Positions 14,784 through 14,800 of a DNA stretch of 14,800 nt are shown in pieces. The notes beneath the pieces are model-generated. The model was not told where the DNA came from, made no database searches, and was given only the letters and a program-made list of their open reading frames with translations. The position numbers and the translations under genes were made by a program. The stretch is from Acetonema longum DSM 6540. GTDB lineage: Bacteria > Bacillota > Negativicutes > Sporomusales > Acetonemataceae. The DNA is taken from the NCBI RefSeq assembly GCF_000219125.1, contig NZ_AFGF01000183.1, forward strand, positions 1-14,800, written 5' to 3'. Each line of letters begins with the position of its first letter. Within the stretch, counting starts at the first letter, position 1.

Positions 14784-14800
14784 GCCCAATTTTTTCATTC

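Noticed and set aside
1-14800. CRISPR arrays, rRNA, IS elements or integrase
   Set aside because: There are no regularly spaced direct repeats, no rRNA-like segments, and no transposase or integrase-like ORFs. Terminal inverted repeats typical of IS elements were not seen.

Overview
All convincing genes in this ~50% GC window lie on the + strand, and it reads as an accessory/defence island from a Firmicutes-like genome.

Gene order:
(1) Two translationally coupled HTH-WYL-domain regulators (424-2584).
(2) A ~450-nt highly structured non-coding stretch with a canonical tRNA T-arm (GCGGG-TTCGAAT-CCCGC) followed directly by a closed acceptor-like hairpin.
(3) A cytoplasmic SPFH/band-7 protein (no transmembrane segment, N-terminal beta-repeat units) tightly linked to an RtcB RNA ligase.
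(4) A small basic ORF broken by a +1 frameshift in a G5 run.
(5) A complete type-I-like Wadjet anti-plasmid system jetABCD (5834-12493), which is a known system.
(6) An N-terminally truncated Fic gene, a small ORF, a bidirectional terminator and an N-terminal RhuM/Fic-type fragment.
(7) A ClbS/DfsB (DUF1706) gene translationally coupled to an SPL-like radical-SAM gene that runs to the window edge.

The most interesting candidate for an undescribed system is the module WYL-WYL / tRNA-like structured RNA / SPFH (MVP-like architecture) / RtcB. It is a putative RNA-damage-responsive repair cassette with no RtcR, RtcA, archease or Rsr. Wadjet itself is well described.

No CRISPR arrays, rRNA or standard tRNA genes were found.
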